The translations under genes and the position numbers were made by a program. Of a stretch of 64,000 bases of DNA, positions 43,561 through 56,283 are shown piece after piece. A model generated the notes under the pieces. The model had not been told where the DNA came from and did no database searches. It was given only the letters and a program-made list of their open reading frames with translations. Source of the stretch: Azolla caroliniana (taxonomy: Eukaryota; Plantae; Polypodiophyta); assembly GCA_043228905.1 (NCBI GenBank), contig JBHGNT010000055.1, forward strand, positions 62,001 to 126,000, in the 5' to 3' direction. Every line of letters begins with the position of its first letter. Position 1 is the first letter of the stretch.

Positions 43561-46500
43561 CTTTCAACTCCCTCCTCAAATTTGGTAATTTCTTCATGTC
43601 TCTCGACCTGAGTTTCAAAATCTTGATTTTTTAGTCCCATATAATAGCTACCGTTGTTAGCTTCGATTCACATATTTGAACACAAAAATCCGATATCACA
43701 CGAGCCAGGTATGAACATTTTAATTTACTCAAGGGCTCCTCTCAACTCACTCCTCAAGATTGCTAATTTCTTCACATTTCTCGACCTGAGTTTCAAAATC
43801 TTTATTTTTTAGTTCCATAGAATAGCTAGCATTGTTAGCTTGATTCGCATGTTTGAACACAAAAATCCGATATCACACGAGCCAGGTATGAACATTTTAA
43901 TTTACTCAAGGGGTCCTCTCAACTCCCTCCTCAAATTTGGTAATTTCGTCATGTCTCTCGACCTGAGTTTCAAAATCATGATTTTTTAATTTCATATCAT
44001 AGCTAGCGTTGTTAGCTTCGATTCGCATGTTTGAACACAAAAATCCGATATCACACGAGCCAGGTATGAACATTTTAATTTACTCAAGGGCTCCTCTCAA
44101 CTCCCTCCTCAAATTTGGTAATTTCTTCAAATCTCTAGACCTAAATTTCAAAATCTTGATTTTTTAGTCCCATATAATAGCTAGCGTTGTTAGCTTCGAT
44201 TCGCATGTTTGAACACAAAAATCCGATATCACACGCGCCAGGTATGAACATTTTAATTTACTCAAGGGCTCCTCTCAACTCCCTCCTCAAATTTGGTAAT
44301 TTCGTCATGTCTCTCGACCTGAGTTTCAAAATCTTGATTTTTTAGTTCCATATAATAGCTAGCGTTGTTAGCTTCGATACGAATGTTTGAACACAAAAAT
44401 CCGATATCACACGACCCAGGTATGAACATTTTAATTTACTCAAGGGCTCCTCTCAACTCCCTCCTCAAATTTGGTAATTTCGTCATGTCTCTCGACATGA
44501 GTTTCAAAATCTTGATTTTTTAGTTCCATATAATAGCTAGCGTTGTTAGCTTCGATACGAATGTTTGAACACAAAAATCCGATATCACACGCGCCAGGTA
44601 TGAACATTTTAATTTACTCAAGGGCTCCTCTCAACTCCCTGCTCAAATTTGGTAATTTCGTCATGTCTCTCGACCTTAGTTTCAAAATCTTGATTATTTA
44701 GTTCCATATAATAGCTAGCGTTGTTAGCTTCGATACGAATGTTTGAACACACAAATCCGATATCACACGACCCAGGTATAAACATTTAAATTTACTGAAG
44801 GGCTCCTCTCAACTCCCTCCTCAAATTTGGTAATTTCGTCATGTCTCTCGACCTGAGTTTCAAAATCATGATTTTTTAATTTCATATCATAGCTAGCGTT
44901 GTTAGCTTCGATTCGCATGTTTGAACACAAAAATCCGATATCACACGCGCCATGTATGAACATTTTAATTTACTCAAGGGCTCCTTTCAACTCCCTCCTC
45001 AAATTTGGTAATTTCTTCATGTCTCTCGACCTGAGTTTCAAAATCTTGATTTTTTAGTCCCATATAATAGCTACCGTTGTTAGCTTCGATTCACATATTT
45101 GAACACAAAAATCCGATATCACACGAGCCAGGTATGAACATTTTAATTTACTCAAGGGCTCCTCTCAACTCACTCCTCAAGATTGCTAATTTCTTCACAT
45201 TTCTCGACCTGAGTTTCAAAATCTTTATTTTTTAGTTCCATAGAATAGCTAGCATTGTTAGCTTGATTCGCATGTTTGAACACAAAAATCCGATATCACA
45301 CGAGCCAGGTATGAACATTTTAATTTACTCAAGGGGTCCTCTCAACTCCCTCCTCAAATTTGGTAATTTCGTCATGTCTCTCGACCTGAGTTTCAAAATC
45401 ATGATTTTTTAATTTCATATCATAGCTAGCGTTGTTAGCTTCGATTCGCATGTTTGAACACAAAAATCCGATATCACACGAGCCAGGTATGAACATTTTA
45501 ATTTACTCAAGGGCTCCTCTCAACTCCCTCCTCAAATTTGGTAATTTCTTCAAATCTCTAGACCTAAATTTCAAAATCTTGATTTTTTAGTCCCATATAA
45601 TAGCTAGCGTTGTTAGCTTCGATTCGCATGTTTGAACACAAAAATCCGATATCACACGCGCCAGGTATGAACATTTTAATTTACTCAAGGGCTCCTCTCA
45701 ACTCCCTCCTCAAATTTGGTAATTTCATCATGTCTCTCGACCTGAGTTTCAAAATCTTGATTTTTTAGTTCCATATAATAGCTAGCGTTGTTAGCTTCGA
45801 TACGAATGTTTGAACACAAAAATCCGATATCACACGACCCAGGTATGAACATTTTAATTTACTCAAGGGCTCCTCTCAACTCCCTCCTCAAATTTGGTAA
45901 TTTCGTCATGTCTCTCGACATGAGTTTCAAAATCTTGATTTTTTAGTTCCATATAATAGCTAGCGTTGTTAGCTTCGATACGAATGTTTGAACACAAAAA
46001 TCCGATATCACACGCGCCAGGTATGAACATTTTAATTTACTCAAGGGCTCCTCTCAACTCCCTGCTCAAATTTGGTAATTTCGTCATGTCTCTCGACCTT
46101 AGTTTCAAAATCTTGATTATTTAGTTCCATATAATAGCTAGCGTTGTTAGCTTCGATACGAATGTTTGAACACACAAATCCGATATCACACGACCCAGGT
46201 ATAAACATTTAAATTTACTGAAGGGCTCCTCTCAACTCCCTCCTCAAATTTGGTAATTTCGTCATGTCTCTCGACCTGAGTTTCAAAATCATGATTTTTT
46301 AATTTCATATCATAGCTAGCGTTGTTAAATTCGATTCGCATGTTTGAACACAAAAATCCGATATCACACGAGCCAGGTATGAACATTTTAATTTACTCAA
46401 GGGCTCCTCTCAATGCCCTCCTCAAATTTGGTAATTTCTTCAAATCTCTAGACCTGAGTTTCATAATCTTGATTTTTTAGTCCCATATAATAGCTAGCGT

Positions 46501-49500
46501 TGTTAGCTTCGATTCGCATGTTTGAACACAAAAATCCGATATCACACGAGCCAGGTATGAACATTTTAATTTACTCAAGGGCTCCTCTCAACTCCCTCCT
46601 CAAATTTGGTAATTTCGTCATGTCTCTCGACATGAGTTTCAAAATCTTGATTTTTTAGTTCCATATAATAGCTAGCGTTGTTAGCTTCGATACGAATGTT
46701 TGAACACAAAAATCCGTTATCACACGCGCCAGGTATGAACATTTTAATTTACTCAAGGGCTCCTCTCAACTCCCTGCTCAAATTTGGTAATTTCGTCATG
46801 TCTTTCGACCTTAGTTTCAAAATCTTGATTATTTAGTTCCATATTATAGCTAGCGTTGTTAGCTTCGATACGAATGTTTGAACACACAAATCCGATATCA
46901 CACGACCCAGGTATAAATATTTAAATTTACTGAAGGGCTCCACTCAACTCCCTCCTCAAATTTGGTAATTTCGTCATGTCTCTCGACCTGAGTTTCAAAA
47001 TCATGATTTTTTAATTTCATATCATAGCTAGCGTTGTTAGCTTCGATTCGCATGTTTGAACACAAAAATCCGATATCACACGAGCCAGGTATGAACATTT
47101 TAATTTACTCAAGGGCTCCTCTCAATGCCCTCCTCAAATTTGGTAATTTCTTCAAATCTCTAGACCTGAATTTCAAAATCTTGATTTTTTAGTCCCATAT
47201 AATAGCTAGCGTTGTTAGCTTCGATTCGCATGTTTGAACACAAAAATCCGATATCACACGCGCCAGGTATGAACATTTTAATTTACTCAAGGGCTCCTTT
47301 CAACTCCCTCCTCAAATTTGGTAATTTCTTCATGTCTCTCGACCTGAGTTTCAAAATCTTGATTTTTTAGTCCCATATAATAGCTACCGTTGTTAGCTTC
47401 GATTCACATATTTGAACACAAAAATCCGATATCACACGAGCCAGGTATGAACATTTTAATTTACTCAAGGGCTCCTCTCAACTCACTCCTCAAGATTGCT
47501 AATTTCTTCACATTTCTCGACCTGAGTTTCAAAATCTTTATTTTTTAGTTCCATAGAATAGCTAGCATTGTTAGCTTGATTCGCATGTTTGAACACAAAA
47601 ATCCGATATCACACGAGCCAGGTATGAACATTTTAATTTACTCAAGGGGTCCTCTCAACTCCCTCCTCAAATTTGGTAATTTCGTCATGTCTCTCGACCT
47701 GAGTTTCAAAATCATGATTTTCTAATTTCATATCATAGCTAGCGTTGTTAGCTTCGATTCGCATGTTTGAACACAAAAATCCGATATCACACGAGCCAGG
47801 TATGAACATTTTAATTTACTCAAGGGCTCCTCTCAACTCCCTCCTCAAATTTGGTAATTTCTTCAAATCTCTAGACCTAAATTTCAAAATCTTGATTTTT
47901 TAGTCCCATATAATAGCTAGCGTTGTTAGCTTCGATTCGCATGTTTGAACACAAAAATCCGATATCACACGCGCCAGGTATGAACATTTTAATTTACTCA
48001 AGGGCTCCTCTCAACTCCCTCCTCAAATTTGGTAATTTCGTCATGTCTCTCGACCTGAGTTTCAAAATCTTGATTTTTTAGTTCCATATAATAGCTAGCG
48101 TTGTTAGCTTCGATACGAATGTTTGAACACAAAAATCCGATATCACACGCGCCAGGTATGAACATTTTAATTTACTCAAGGGCTCCTCTCAACTCCCTCC
48201 TCAAATTTGGTAATTTCGTCATGTCTCTCGACATGAGTTTCAAAATCTTGATTTTTTAGTTCCATATAATAGCTAGCGTTGTTAGCTTCGATACGAATGT
48301 TTGAACACAAAAATCCGATATCACACGCGCCAGGTATGAACATTTTAATTTACTCAAGGGCTCCTCTCAACTCCCTGCTCAAATTTGGTAATTTCGTCAT
48401 GTCTCTCGACCTTAGTTTCAAAATCTTGATTATTTAGTTCCATATAATAGCTAGCGTTGTTAGCTTCGATACGAATGTTTGAACACACAAATCCGATATC
48501 ACACGACCCAGGTATAAACATTTAAATTTACTGAAGGGCTCCTCTCAACTCCCTCCTCAAATTTGGTAATTTCGTCATGTCTCTCGACCTGAGTTTCAAA
48601 ATCATGATTTTTTAATTTCATATCATAGCTAGCGTTGTTAAATTCGATTCGCATGTTTGAACACAAAAATCCGATATCACACGAGCCAGGTATGAACATT
48701 TTAATTTACTCAAGGGCTCCTCTCAATGCCCTCCTCAAATTTGGTAATTTCTTCAAATCTCTAGACCTGAGTTTCATAATCTTGATTTTTTAGTCCCATA
48801 TAATAGCTAGCGTTGTTAGCTTCGATTCGCATGTTTGAACACAAAAATCCGATATCACACGAGCCAGGTATGAACATTTTAATTTACTCAAGGGCTCCTC
48901 TCAACTCCCTCCTCAAATTTGGTAATTTCGTCATGTCTCTCGACATGAGTTTCAAAATCTTGATTTTTTAGTTCCATATAATAGCTAGCGTTGTTAGCTT
49001 CGATACGAATGTTTGAACACAAAAATCCGTTATCACACGCGCCAGGTATGAACATTTTAATTTACTCAAGGGCTCCTCTCAACTCCCTGCTCAAATTTGG
49101 TAATTTCGTCATGTCTCTCGACCTTAGTTTCAAAATCTTGATTATTTAGTTCCATATTATAGCTAGCGTTGTTAGCTTCGATACGAATGTTTGAACACAC
49201 AAATCCGATATCACACGACCCAGGTATAAACATTTAAATTTACTGAAGGGCTCCACTCAACTCCCTCCTCAAATTTGGTAATTTCGTCATGTCTCTCGAC
49301 CTGAGTTTCAAAATCATGATTTTTTAATTTCATATCATAGCTAGCGTTGTTAGCTTCGATTCGCATGTTTGAACACAAAAATCCGATATCACACGAGCCA
49401 GGTATGAACATTTTAATTTACTCAAGGGCTCCTCTCAATGCCCTCCTCAAATTTGGTAATTTCTTCAAATCTCTAGACCTGAATTTCAAAATCTTGATTT

Positions 49501-51000
49501 TTTAGTCCCATATAATAGCTAGCGTTGTTAGCTTCGATTCGCATGTTTGAACACAAAAATCCGATATCACACGCGCCAGGTATGAACATTTTAATTTACT
49601 CAAGGGCTCCTTTCAACTCCCTCCTCAAATTTGGTAATTTCTTCATGTCTCTCGACCTGAGTTTCAAAATCTTGATTTTTTAGTCCCATATAATAGCTAC
49701 CGTTGTTAGCTTCGATTCACATATTTGAACACAAAAATCCGATATCACACGAGCCAGGTATGAACATTTTAATTTACTCAAGGGCTCCTCTCAACTCACT
49801 CCTCAAGATTGCTAATTTCTTCACATTTCTCGACCTGAGTTTCAAAATCTTTATTTTTTAGTTCCATAGAATAGCTAGCATTGTTAGCTTGATTCGCATG
49901 TTTGAACACAAAAATCCGATATCACACGAGCCAGGTATGAACATTTTAATTTACTCAAGGGGTCCTCTCAACTCCCTCCTCAAATTTGGTAATTTCGTCA
50001 TGTCTCTCGACCTGAGTTTCAAAATCATGATTTTTTAATTTCATATCATAGCTAGCGTTGTTAGCTTCGATTCGCATGTTTGAACACAAAAATCCGATAT
50101 CACACGAGCCAGGTATGAACATTTTAATTTACTCAAGGGCTCCTCTCAACTCCCTCCTCAAATTTGGTAATTTCTTCAAATCTCTAGACCTAAATTTCAA
50201 AATCTTGATTTTTTAGTCCCATATAATAGCTAGCGTTGTTAGCTTCGATTCGCATGTTTGAACACAAAAATCCGATATCACACGCGCCAGGTATGAACAT
50301 TTTAATTTACTCAAGGGCTCCTCTCAACTCCCTCCTCAAATTTGGTAATTTCGTCATGTCTCTCGACCTGAGTTTCAAAATCTTGATTTTTTAGTTCCAT
50401 ATAATAGCTAGCGTTGTTAGCTTCGATACGAATGTTTGAACACAAAAATCCGATATCACACGCGCCAGGTATGAACATTTTAATTTACTCAAGGGCTCCT
50501 CTCAACTCCCTCCTCAAATTTGGTAATTTCGTCATGTCTCTCGACATGAGTTTCAAAATCTTGATTTTTTAGTTCCATATAATAGCTAGCGTTGTTAGCT
50601 TCGATACGAATGTTTGAACACAAAAATCCGATATCACACGCGCCAGGTATGAACATTTTAATTTACTCAAGGGCTCCTCTCAACTCCCTGCTCAAATTTG
50701 GTAATTTCGTCATGTCTCTCGACCTTAGTTTCAAAATCTTGATTATTTAGTTCCATATAATAGCTAGCGTTGTTAGCTTCGATACGAATGTTTGAACACA
50801 CAAATCCGATATCACACGACCCAGGTATAAACATTTAAATTTACTGAAGGGCTCCTCTCAACTCCCTCCTCAAATTTGGTAATTTCGTCATGTCTCTCGA
50901 CCTGAGTTTCAAAATCATGATTTTTTAATTTCATATCATAGCTAGCGTTGTTAGCTTCGATTCGCATGTTTGAACACAAAAATCCGATATCACACGAGCC
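43390..51000 (+). repeat. 8-mer (1423 bp) followed by 13-mer (2313 bp) higher-order repeats
   Basis: Marker atttaaatttactgaagg (ORF hits at 44763, 46186, 46898, 48499, 49211, 50812) has spacings of 1423, then 2313 three times. The ctcctttcaac and gattcacatattt markers agree. Confidence 0.9.
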
Positions 51001-52652
51001 ATGTATGAACATTGTAATTTACATACTACCTCTTCTCAACTCACTCTTCAAATTAGTTAATTTCGTCATGTCTCTCGACTTGAGTTTCAAAATCTTGATT
51101 TTTTATTTTCATATCAAGCTAGCGTTGTTAGCTTCGATTCGCATGTTTGAACACAACAATCCGATATCACACGAGCCAGGTATGAACATTTTAATTTTCC
51201 TACTAGGTCTTCTCAACTCACTTCTCAAATTAGGTAATTTCGTCATCTCTCTCGACCTGAGTTTCAAAATCTTAATTTTTTAATTTCATATCATAGCTAG
51301 CGTTGTTAGCTTCGATTCGCATGTTTGAACACAAAAATCGGATATCACACGCGCCAGGTATGAACATTGTAATTTACCTACTAACTCTTCCCAACTCCCT
51401 CCTCAAATTTGGTAATTTCGTCATGTCTCTCGGTCTGAGTTTCACAATCTTGGTTTTTTAATTCCATATCATAGCTAGCGTTGTTAGCTTCGATTCGCAT
51501 GTTTGAACACAAAAATCCGATATCATACAAGCCAGGTATGAACATTTTAATTTACCTACTAGGTCTTCCCAACTCCCTCCTCAAATTTGGTAATTTCGTC
51601 ATGTCTCTCGATCTGAGTTTCAGAATCTTGATTTTTTAATTCCATATCATAGCTAACGTTGTTAGCTTCGATACGAATGTTTGAACACACAAATCCGATA
51701 TCACACGATCCAGGTATGAACATTTTAATTTACGCAAGGGCTCCTCTCAACTCCCTCCTCAAATTTGGTAATTTCTTCATATCTCTCGACCGGAGTTTCA
51801 AAATCTTGATTTTCTAATTCCATATCAGAGCTAGCGTTGTTAGCTTCGATTCGCATATTTGAACACAAAAATCCGATATCACACGAGCCAGGTATGAATA
51901 TTTTAATTTACCTACTAGCTCGTCTAAACTCCCTCCTTAAATTTGCTAATTTCTTCATGTCTCTCGAACTGAGTTTAAAAATCTTGCATTTCTAATGCCA
52001 TATCATAGCAAGCGTTGTTAGCTTCGATTCGCATGTTTGAACACAGAAATCTGATATCACACGAGCCAGGTATGAACATTTTAATTTACCTACTAGCTCT
52101 TGTAAACTCCCTCCTCAAATTTGCTAATTTCTTCATGTCTTCGACCTGAGTTTCAAAATCTTGATTTTCTAATTCCATATCATAGCTAGCGTTTTTAGCT
52201 TTGATTCGCATGTTTGAACACAAAAATCCGATATCAGACGAGCCAGGTATGAACATTTTAATTTACTAACGGGCTCTTCTTAACTACCTCCTCAAATTTG
52301 CTTATATCGTCATGTCTCTCGACCTGAGTTTTAAAATCTTGATTTTCTAATTCCATATCATAGCAAGCGTTGTTAGCTTCGATTCACATGTTTGAACACA
52401 GAAATCCGATATCACACGAGCCAGGTATGAACATGTTAATTTACCTACTAGCTCTTCTAAAGTCCCTCCTTAAATTTGCTAATTTCTTCATGTCTCTCGA
52501 CCTGAGTTTCAAAATCTGGATTTTTTAATTCCATATCATAGCAAGAGTTGTTAGCTTCGATTCGCATGTTTGAACACAAAAATCCGATATCACACGAGCC
52601 AGGTATGAACATTTTCATTTACTAACGCGCTCTTCTCCACTTCCTCTTGAAA
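51001..52652 (+). repeat. Diverged edge monomers of the 178-bp satellite (~9 copies)
   Basis: The period is unchanged, but each monomer has many private substitutions, and cctactag(g/c)tctt replaces ctcaagggctcct in most. No HOR is visible. Confidence 0.93.
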
Positions 52653-52817
52653 TGCCGGCTTTCATTCTCTTTCCAAATCTCGACCTTCGCCCGGTCGGTC
52701 TTTCTCCCCATGTAAAAGAGAGCGGCTCGTCCCGCACCCCCTTCCGTATCGGCACTTTCATGCCGAATCCGGCCCCGATCGAACGATCCACGACCGGATT
52801 CTGCTCCATACGAATCG

Positions 52818-54179
52818 TTATGCCGATCTTCTCGTGCCGCTTCTGTCCTCGGCCTCCTTGCAGGCTGTTTCCCATCCGACTTCGCTGGCATCGTGCCAGG
52901 ACTCTTCGGTACCGCCATCCATCACCTCGGTCTTACATGGGCGTACGGGCCCGAATGCCGAGTTCTCCGGAATCGGGTCCGTGGGCTTTCGTCTATTCCT
53001 TCCCCGTATCGTCTCGCCGGTGATTCTTGGTCTATCGCCGCCGCCTTCCTCCGCTTGGGACTCACGTGGGCACTCGGGCCCGACTGCCATCCTCTCGGGA
53101 GCAAGTGTGGGAAGACACAAGGAATCGCCTGTCCATTTTACGCCCTTGTCCGTAGCCACCGACTCTTCGTGGTCGGCGGTCGTCTTCTTACCGATCGCGC
53201 AAGCCCCATCTGGGCTTGCTTCTCCAATGACTGGGATCTCGGGCTGACACGCCCGAGACCGCTGGTCCCAACGTTCCGGTTCCGCGATCTGTATCTCGGC
53301 CTCGTCCTTGGCCGTTCTATCCCCGCAAGTCGAGAGGGCGTTTCGTTCCGCACCCTCACCCGTGGTACCGTCGTACCGATCTTCTGCCGTCGCATGGGGC
53401 AAGTCCGTCTCCTCAGTCTCGGCTCGCGGCCTTGATCTTTCCTCTTCCTCGAGCATCGCCTCGAGAGCTGCGTACACCTCCGCAATCCTGGCCCCAACGC
53501 CGACCCTTGCCGACTCTCTTTGCCGTTCGGCCTCTTCCCACTGTGATGGCACGCCGTCGCGTCCCTTCCTCTTAGCCTTCTTGGCTCGCTCATTGTCTAG
53601 CCGTTGGCACACCCTTCCGACCTTCAACCAGTCCTCCGTAAGCCCATTCGCTCCATCATCGTCTTCGAGCTCAATCCCGATGGCCTCTCGTTCCGTTCGG
53701 TCAATCGACCTGACGAACAATAGGACCTTGTCCGCCCCCACCAAACCTTGTTCCCGCTCCGAGAGCCGAGCAAGTCGTCACTCGAACTCTCGGAACGCCT
53801 TGGTCGCGCCCCGGTGGGTCTTTGCCGATGCTACCCACTTGTCAAAGTCGTGTTGTCCCCGGCTCTTCCGCCGTCCTCCGTATGCCTTCAGGAGAGCCTC
53901 TTCGAAGGCCTCACGGAGCTCCTTTATTTCCGCATGCATCCGGACAGCCACGACCCGACAGAAGAATTCCAGCCTCAACGCCTCGCCTACGCCACGCTCC
54001 TCCATTTCCGCGTTGTAGGCTTCCAAGTAAGATGGGACTTTGTCCCCGTTGAAACGGCCGACTCTTTCGACCACTCGCTCAACCGCTTGTTACGCTGCTT
54101 CTCGCCTCATCACCACTCGTGCCGACTCCAATACCACTTCGGCCACCATCTCCGCGAGGTCGTCGTCTTCCGACTCCAT
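52818..54179 (-). pseudogene. Retrotransposon gag-like pseudogene
   Basis: A single frame reads MESEDDDLAEMV...EAA*QAVERVVERVGRFNGDKVPSYLEAYNAEM...FREFE*RLARLSEREQGLVGADKVLLFVRSID..., with in-frame stops at 54090-54092 (TAA) and 53778-53780 (TGA). The N-terminal half resembles Gypsy capsid sequences; the C-terminal half is low complexity. Confidence 0.7.
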
Positions 54180-54194
54180 CCTCCCTTGCCGCCT

Positions 54195-54212
54195 TTCACG
54201 TCGGGTTCACAA
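54195..54212 (-). other. Primer-binding site complementary to tRNA-Trp 3' end
   Basis: Plus-strand ttcacgtcgggttcac(aa) matches the plant cytosolic tRNA-Trp 3' end ...TTCACGTCGGGTTCACCA (from memory) and lies a few nt inside the LTR end. Confidence 0.8.
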
Positions 54213-54216
54213 AAGA

Positions 54217-54992
54217 TGTCGCATTGTTACGCGCGTGCGTGGAGAAAGGCGGGACCACGGGGGTCTTGGACTAGGGAGTGATGGAGCGTAGGAAGTCGTG
54301 CTTCACCGTTTCCGGGGCATCCCAGAAGCACACCGGAAGCAACCGAAGAGAGAGAGAGCGCGTGCTTAACACCGACTCATATACACTCACTCACACACAC
54401 ACACACACACACACAGGCCAACCCGACTCACACCCTTAAGTACAGGAAGTGCAGGAAAGGGGAAGAACCTGACACCAACGAAGACGCGAATATACACAGA
54501 CAGACACAAACGTATATATGTATATATAAAGAAAAAAAAGAATACATTCCCGGCTTCGAGCCGTTCCAAGGCAGGTTACAGTAGTCGTCAGCTGCCAAGC
54601 CGCCGTCGGGGAGCTCACGGGCTCGTTGCGCCGAGCGGGGTCTTGCACAGGAGATGACCTGAAGCAAACCCTAAGCGAACACGAAGGAGGAGAAGAAGAA
54701 GAAGAAAAAGAAACACTAACCCTAGACTAACGGTATACCCTCTAATGCAAAATGGGCAACCCTTTCACAAAGGGCGTTCCCCTCCTTTTATAGAACAAGG
54801 AAAGGGATGCGTTACAATGTGGGGCAAATCCCGACTTACATGGGATCGCCTGTCCCGACTTGACTACTCTTCGGCGCCATAAAGGCGCCCTCGATATTCA
54901 CACTAAATGTGCATGGGTGCGTACACACGCTACACCCCGCCGATGTAGCCAATGTTCCCGGTTTCCGCCTCTGGCCGAAATTCTTCACGACA
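54217..54992 (-). mobile_element. 5' LTR (776 bp)
   Basis: Termini are TGTCG...CGACA. It contains a minus-strand TATAAAA at 54786-54792, a telo-box aaaccctaa at 54666-54674 and GAA/CA/AG microsatellites, with the PBS adjacent. Confidence 0.78.
54392..54415. repeat. (CA)12 microsatellite inside the LTR
   Basis: Seen directly; an (AG)n run lies just upstream at ~54347-54358. Confidence 0.95.
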
Positions 54993-55258
54993 GCGTAATA
55001 AAACCTAACTTAGAGAAGTGCATGAAGTGTTTCTTATAGTACAACATTTTAGATGGAAGTGGCTCTAGTGGGGTGATCCATTTATACCATGTAAATTTGC
55101 CATATTTCTTGGCGTATTACTTTATTGCAGTCCTCATGAGAGATTAAAGTGTTATCAATCGCGTGTTCGTACTTAACGGGGGGGAGGTTATTAATGTCTA
55201 GACCCTTCACAAGAAGCCAAGTCACCATCAGGCCATACCATGAATAGTATAGCCAAAC

Positions 55259-55624
55259 TGTAGAAAGTAGCGTGCGGAAGCAGGTATGAAGACAGAACAG
55301 AGGAAGGAAACACAGGTTTAATGGAGAGCTTGGACTTACACGGTATACGCGGGAGAGACAAAGAGAGAAACACAAAAAACTATATTTCACAATAATACTC
55401 AATCTCTATACATATGACGTGCTCAGTGAGCACTTTTATACAAGTCCTAGAAGGACTGACCGAAGTACTAACAGTACTTCAATGCTCATCAAGAGCCCCT
55501 ACACTAACTCCCAAATATATTCCTCACGGAATATCTTTCCTAACAACCTAACCGATCGGTCCCAACCGATCCGGTCCTCGGCTTCTTCAGCCGATCCGGC
55601 CGATGTTGAGCTTGTCTCTCAACA
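55259..55624 (-). mobile_element. Ty1/Copia solo LTR (366 bp)
   Basis: Minus-strand termini are TGTTGAGA...TTTCTACA, with TATAAAA at 55434-55440. It is flanked by a near-TSD caaac/cagac and has a second copy 659 bp away. Confidence 0.8.
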
Positions 55625-55682
55625 CAGACTCATACAATGATCGAGAGGCCTTAAAGGCTTGATGGGATATTCTATCATGTGG

Positions 55683-55845
55683 GAATGTCTCTGTGTGTCG
55701 ACTCGGGTGCCGCGTCATTAGCTCCTTCGACATAACTCTAGTAGCCATGCCCGAGCAGGTACTGGTGCATCTTGTAGGACCAAGATGCGTACTTGGTTCT
55801 GTCGAGCTTCTCTGTTGGAAGCGAGCTCGCCATGCCTCTATCCAT
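55683..55845 (-). pseudogene. Ty1/Copia gag N-terminal fragment
   Basis: MDRGMASSLPTEKLDRTKYASWSYKMHQYLLGHGY*SYVEGANDAAP matches the Copia gag KL..NY..W...M...L....LW..V.G pattern. The stop replaces the Trp (TGG>TAG). Confidence 0.88.
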
Positions 55846-55905
55846 CGTTCTTCTTGTTCTTCTTCGTCAAACTGTGTCGGCTACAGAGAGGTTCTCAACC
55901 CTCGC

Positions 55906-55917
55906 GCTCTGATACCA
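55906..55917 (-). other. Primer-binding site, tRNA-iMet
   Basis: Minus-strand TGGTATCAGAGC lies immediately after the LTR-terminal CA. Confidence 0.93.
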
Positions 55918-56283
55918 TGTAGAAAGTAGCGTGCGGAAGCAGGTATGAAGACAGAACAGAGGAAGGAAACACAGGTTTAATGGAGAGCTTGGACTTACAT
56001 GGTATACGCAGGAGAGACAGAGAGAGAAACACAAAAAACTATATTTCACAATAATACTCAATCTCTATACATAAGACGTGCTCAGTGAGCACTTTTATAC
56101 AAGTCCTAGAAGGACTGACCGAAGTACTGACAGTACTTCAATGCTCATCAAGAGCCCCTACACTAACTCCCAAATATATTCCTCACGGAATATCTTTCCT
56201 AACGACCTAACCGATCGGTCCCAACCGATCCGATCCTCGGCTTCTTCAGTCGATCCAGCCGATGTTGAGCTTGTCTCTCAACA
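55918..56283 (-). mobile_element. Ty1/Copia 5' LTR (366 bp)
   Basis: Direct repeat of 55259-55624 with about 9 substitutions by eye, followed on the minus strand by the PBS and gag. Confidence 0.88.

Larger units (their letters stand above)
1..51000 (+). repeat. Homogeneous 178-bp tandem satellite array (~286 monomers), candidate centromeric/pericentromeric satellite
   Basis: cttcatatctctcgacctgagtttcaaaatc recurs at 1, 179, 357 and onward (period 178). The core tttgaacacaaaaatccgatatcacacgagccaggtatgaacattttaatttactcaaggg is near-invariant. A recurrent 177-bp variant carries ttagcttgattcgc (1-bp deletion). Orientation is single throughout, and the array runs off the left edge. Confidence 0.98.
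52653..54992 (-). mobile_element. 3'-truncated Ty3/Gypsy-like LTR retrotransposon (5' LTR, tRNA-Trp PBS, decayed gag-like ORF)
   Basis: On the minus strand the order is LTR (54992-54217), PBS (54212-54195), ATG at 54179, gag-like frame. No pol or 3' LTR is present before the satellite. Confidence 0.75.

Noticed and set aside
850-51283. Many repeated 60-120 aa ORFs (MKLRSRDMTK..., MLASIQMFEHK..., MFIPGSCDIG...)
   Set aside because: They are chance read-throughs of satellite monomers. The period of 178 is not a multiple of 3, and ORFs appear only where a SNP or 1-bp deletion removes a stop. I used them only as HOR markers.
1-52652. CRISPR array or other prokaryotic repeat system
   Set aside because: There are no unique spacers, the whole 178 bp repeats, no cas genes are present, and the context is plant LTR retroelements.
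52671-52689. Satellite-like ttccaaatctcgacctt just inside the retroelement
   Set aside because: It is short and about 7 nt out of register, so it cannot be told apart from chance similarity.
54195-54212. tRNA-Trp gene
   Set aside because: Only the 3'-terminal 16 nt match, and their position beside an LTR identifies them as a PBS.
52615-54670. Overlapping plus-strand and alternate-frame ORFs (e.g. 53308-54018, 52893-53435, 53748-54281)
   Set aside because: They are shadow frames of a GC-rich gag-like region and LTR, with no recognisable motifs.
54666-54725. Interstitial telomere repeats (aaaccctaa, aaccctag)
   Set aside because: They are isolated single units in an LTR leader, consistent with telo-box-like motifs rather than a telomeric tract.
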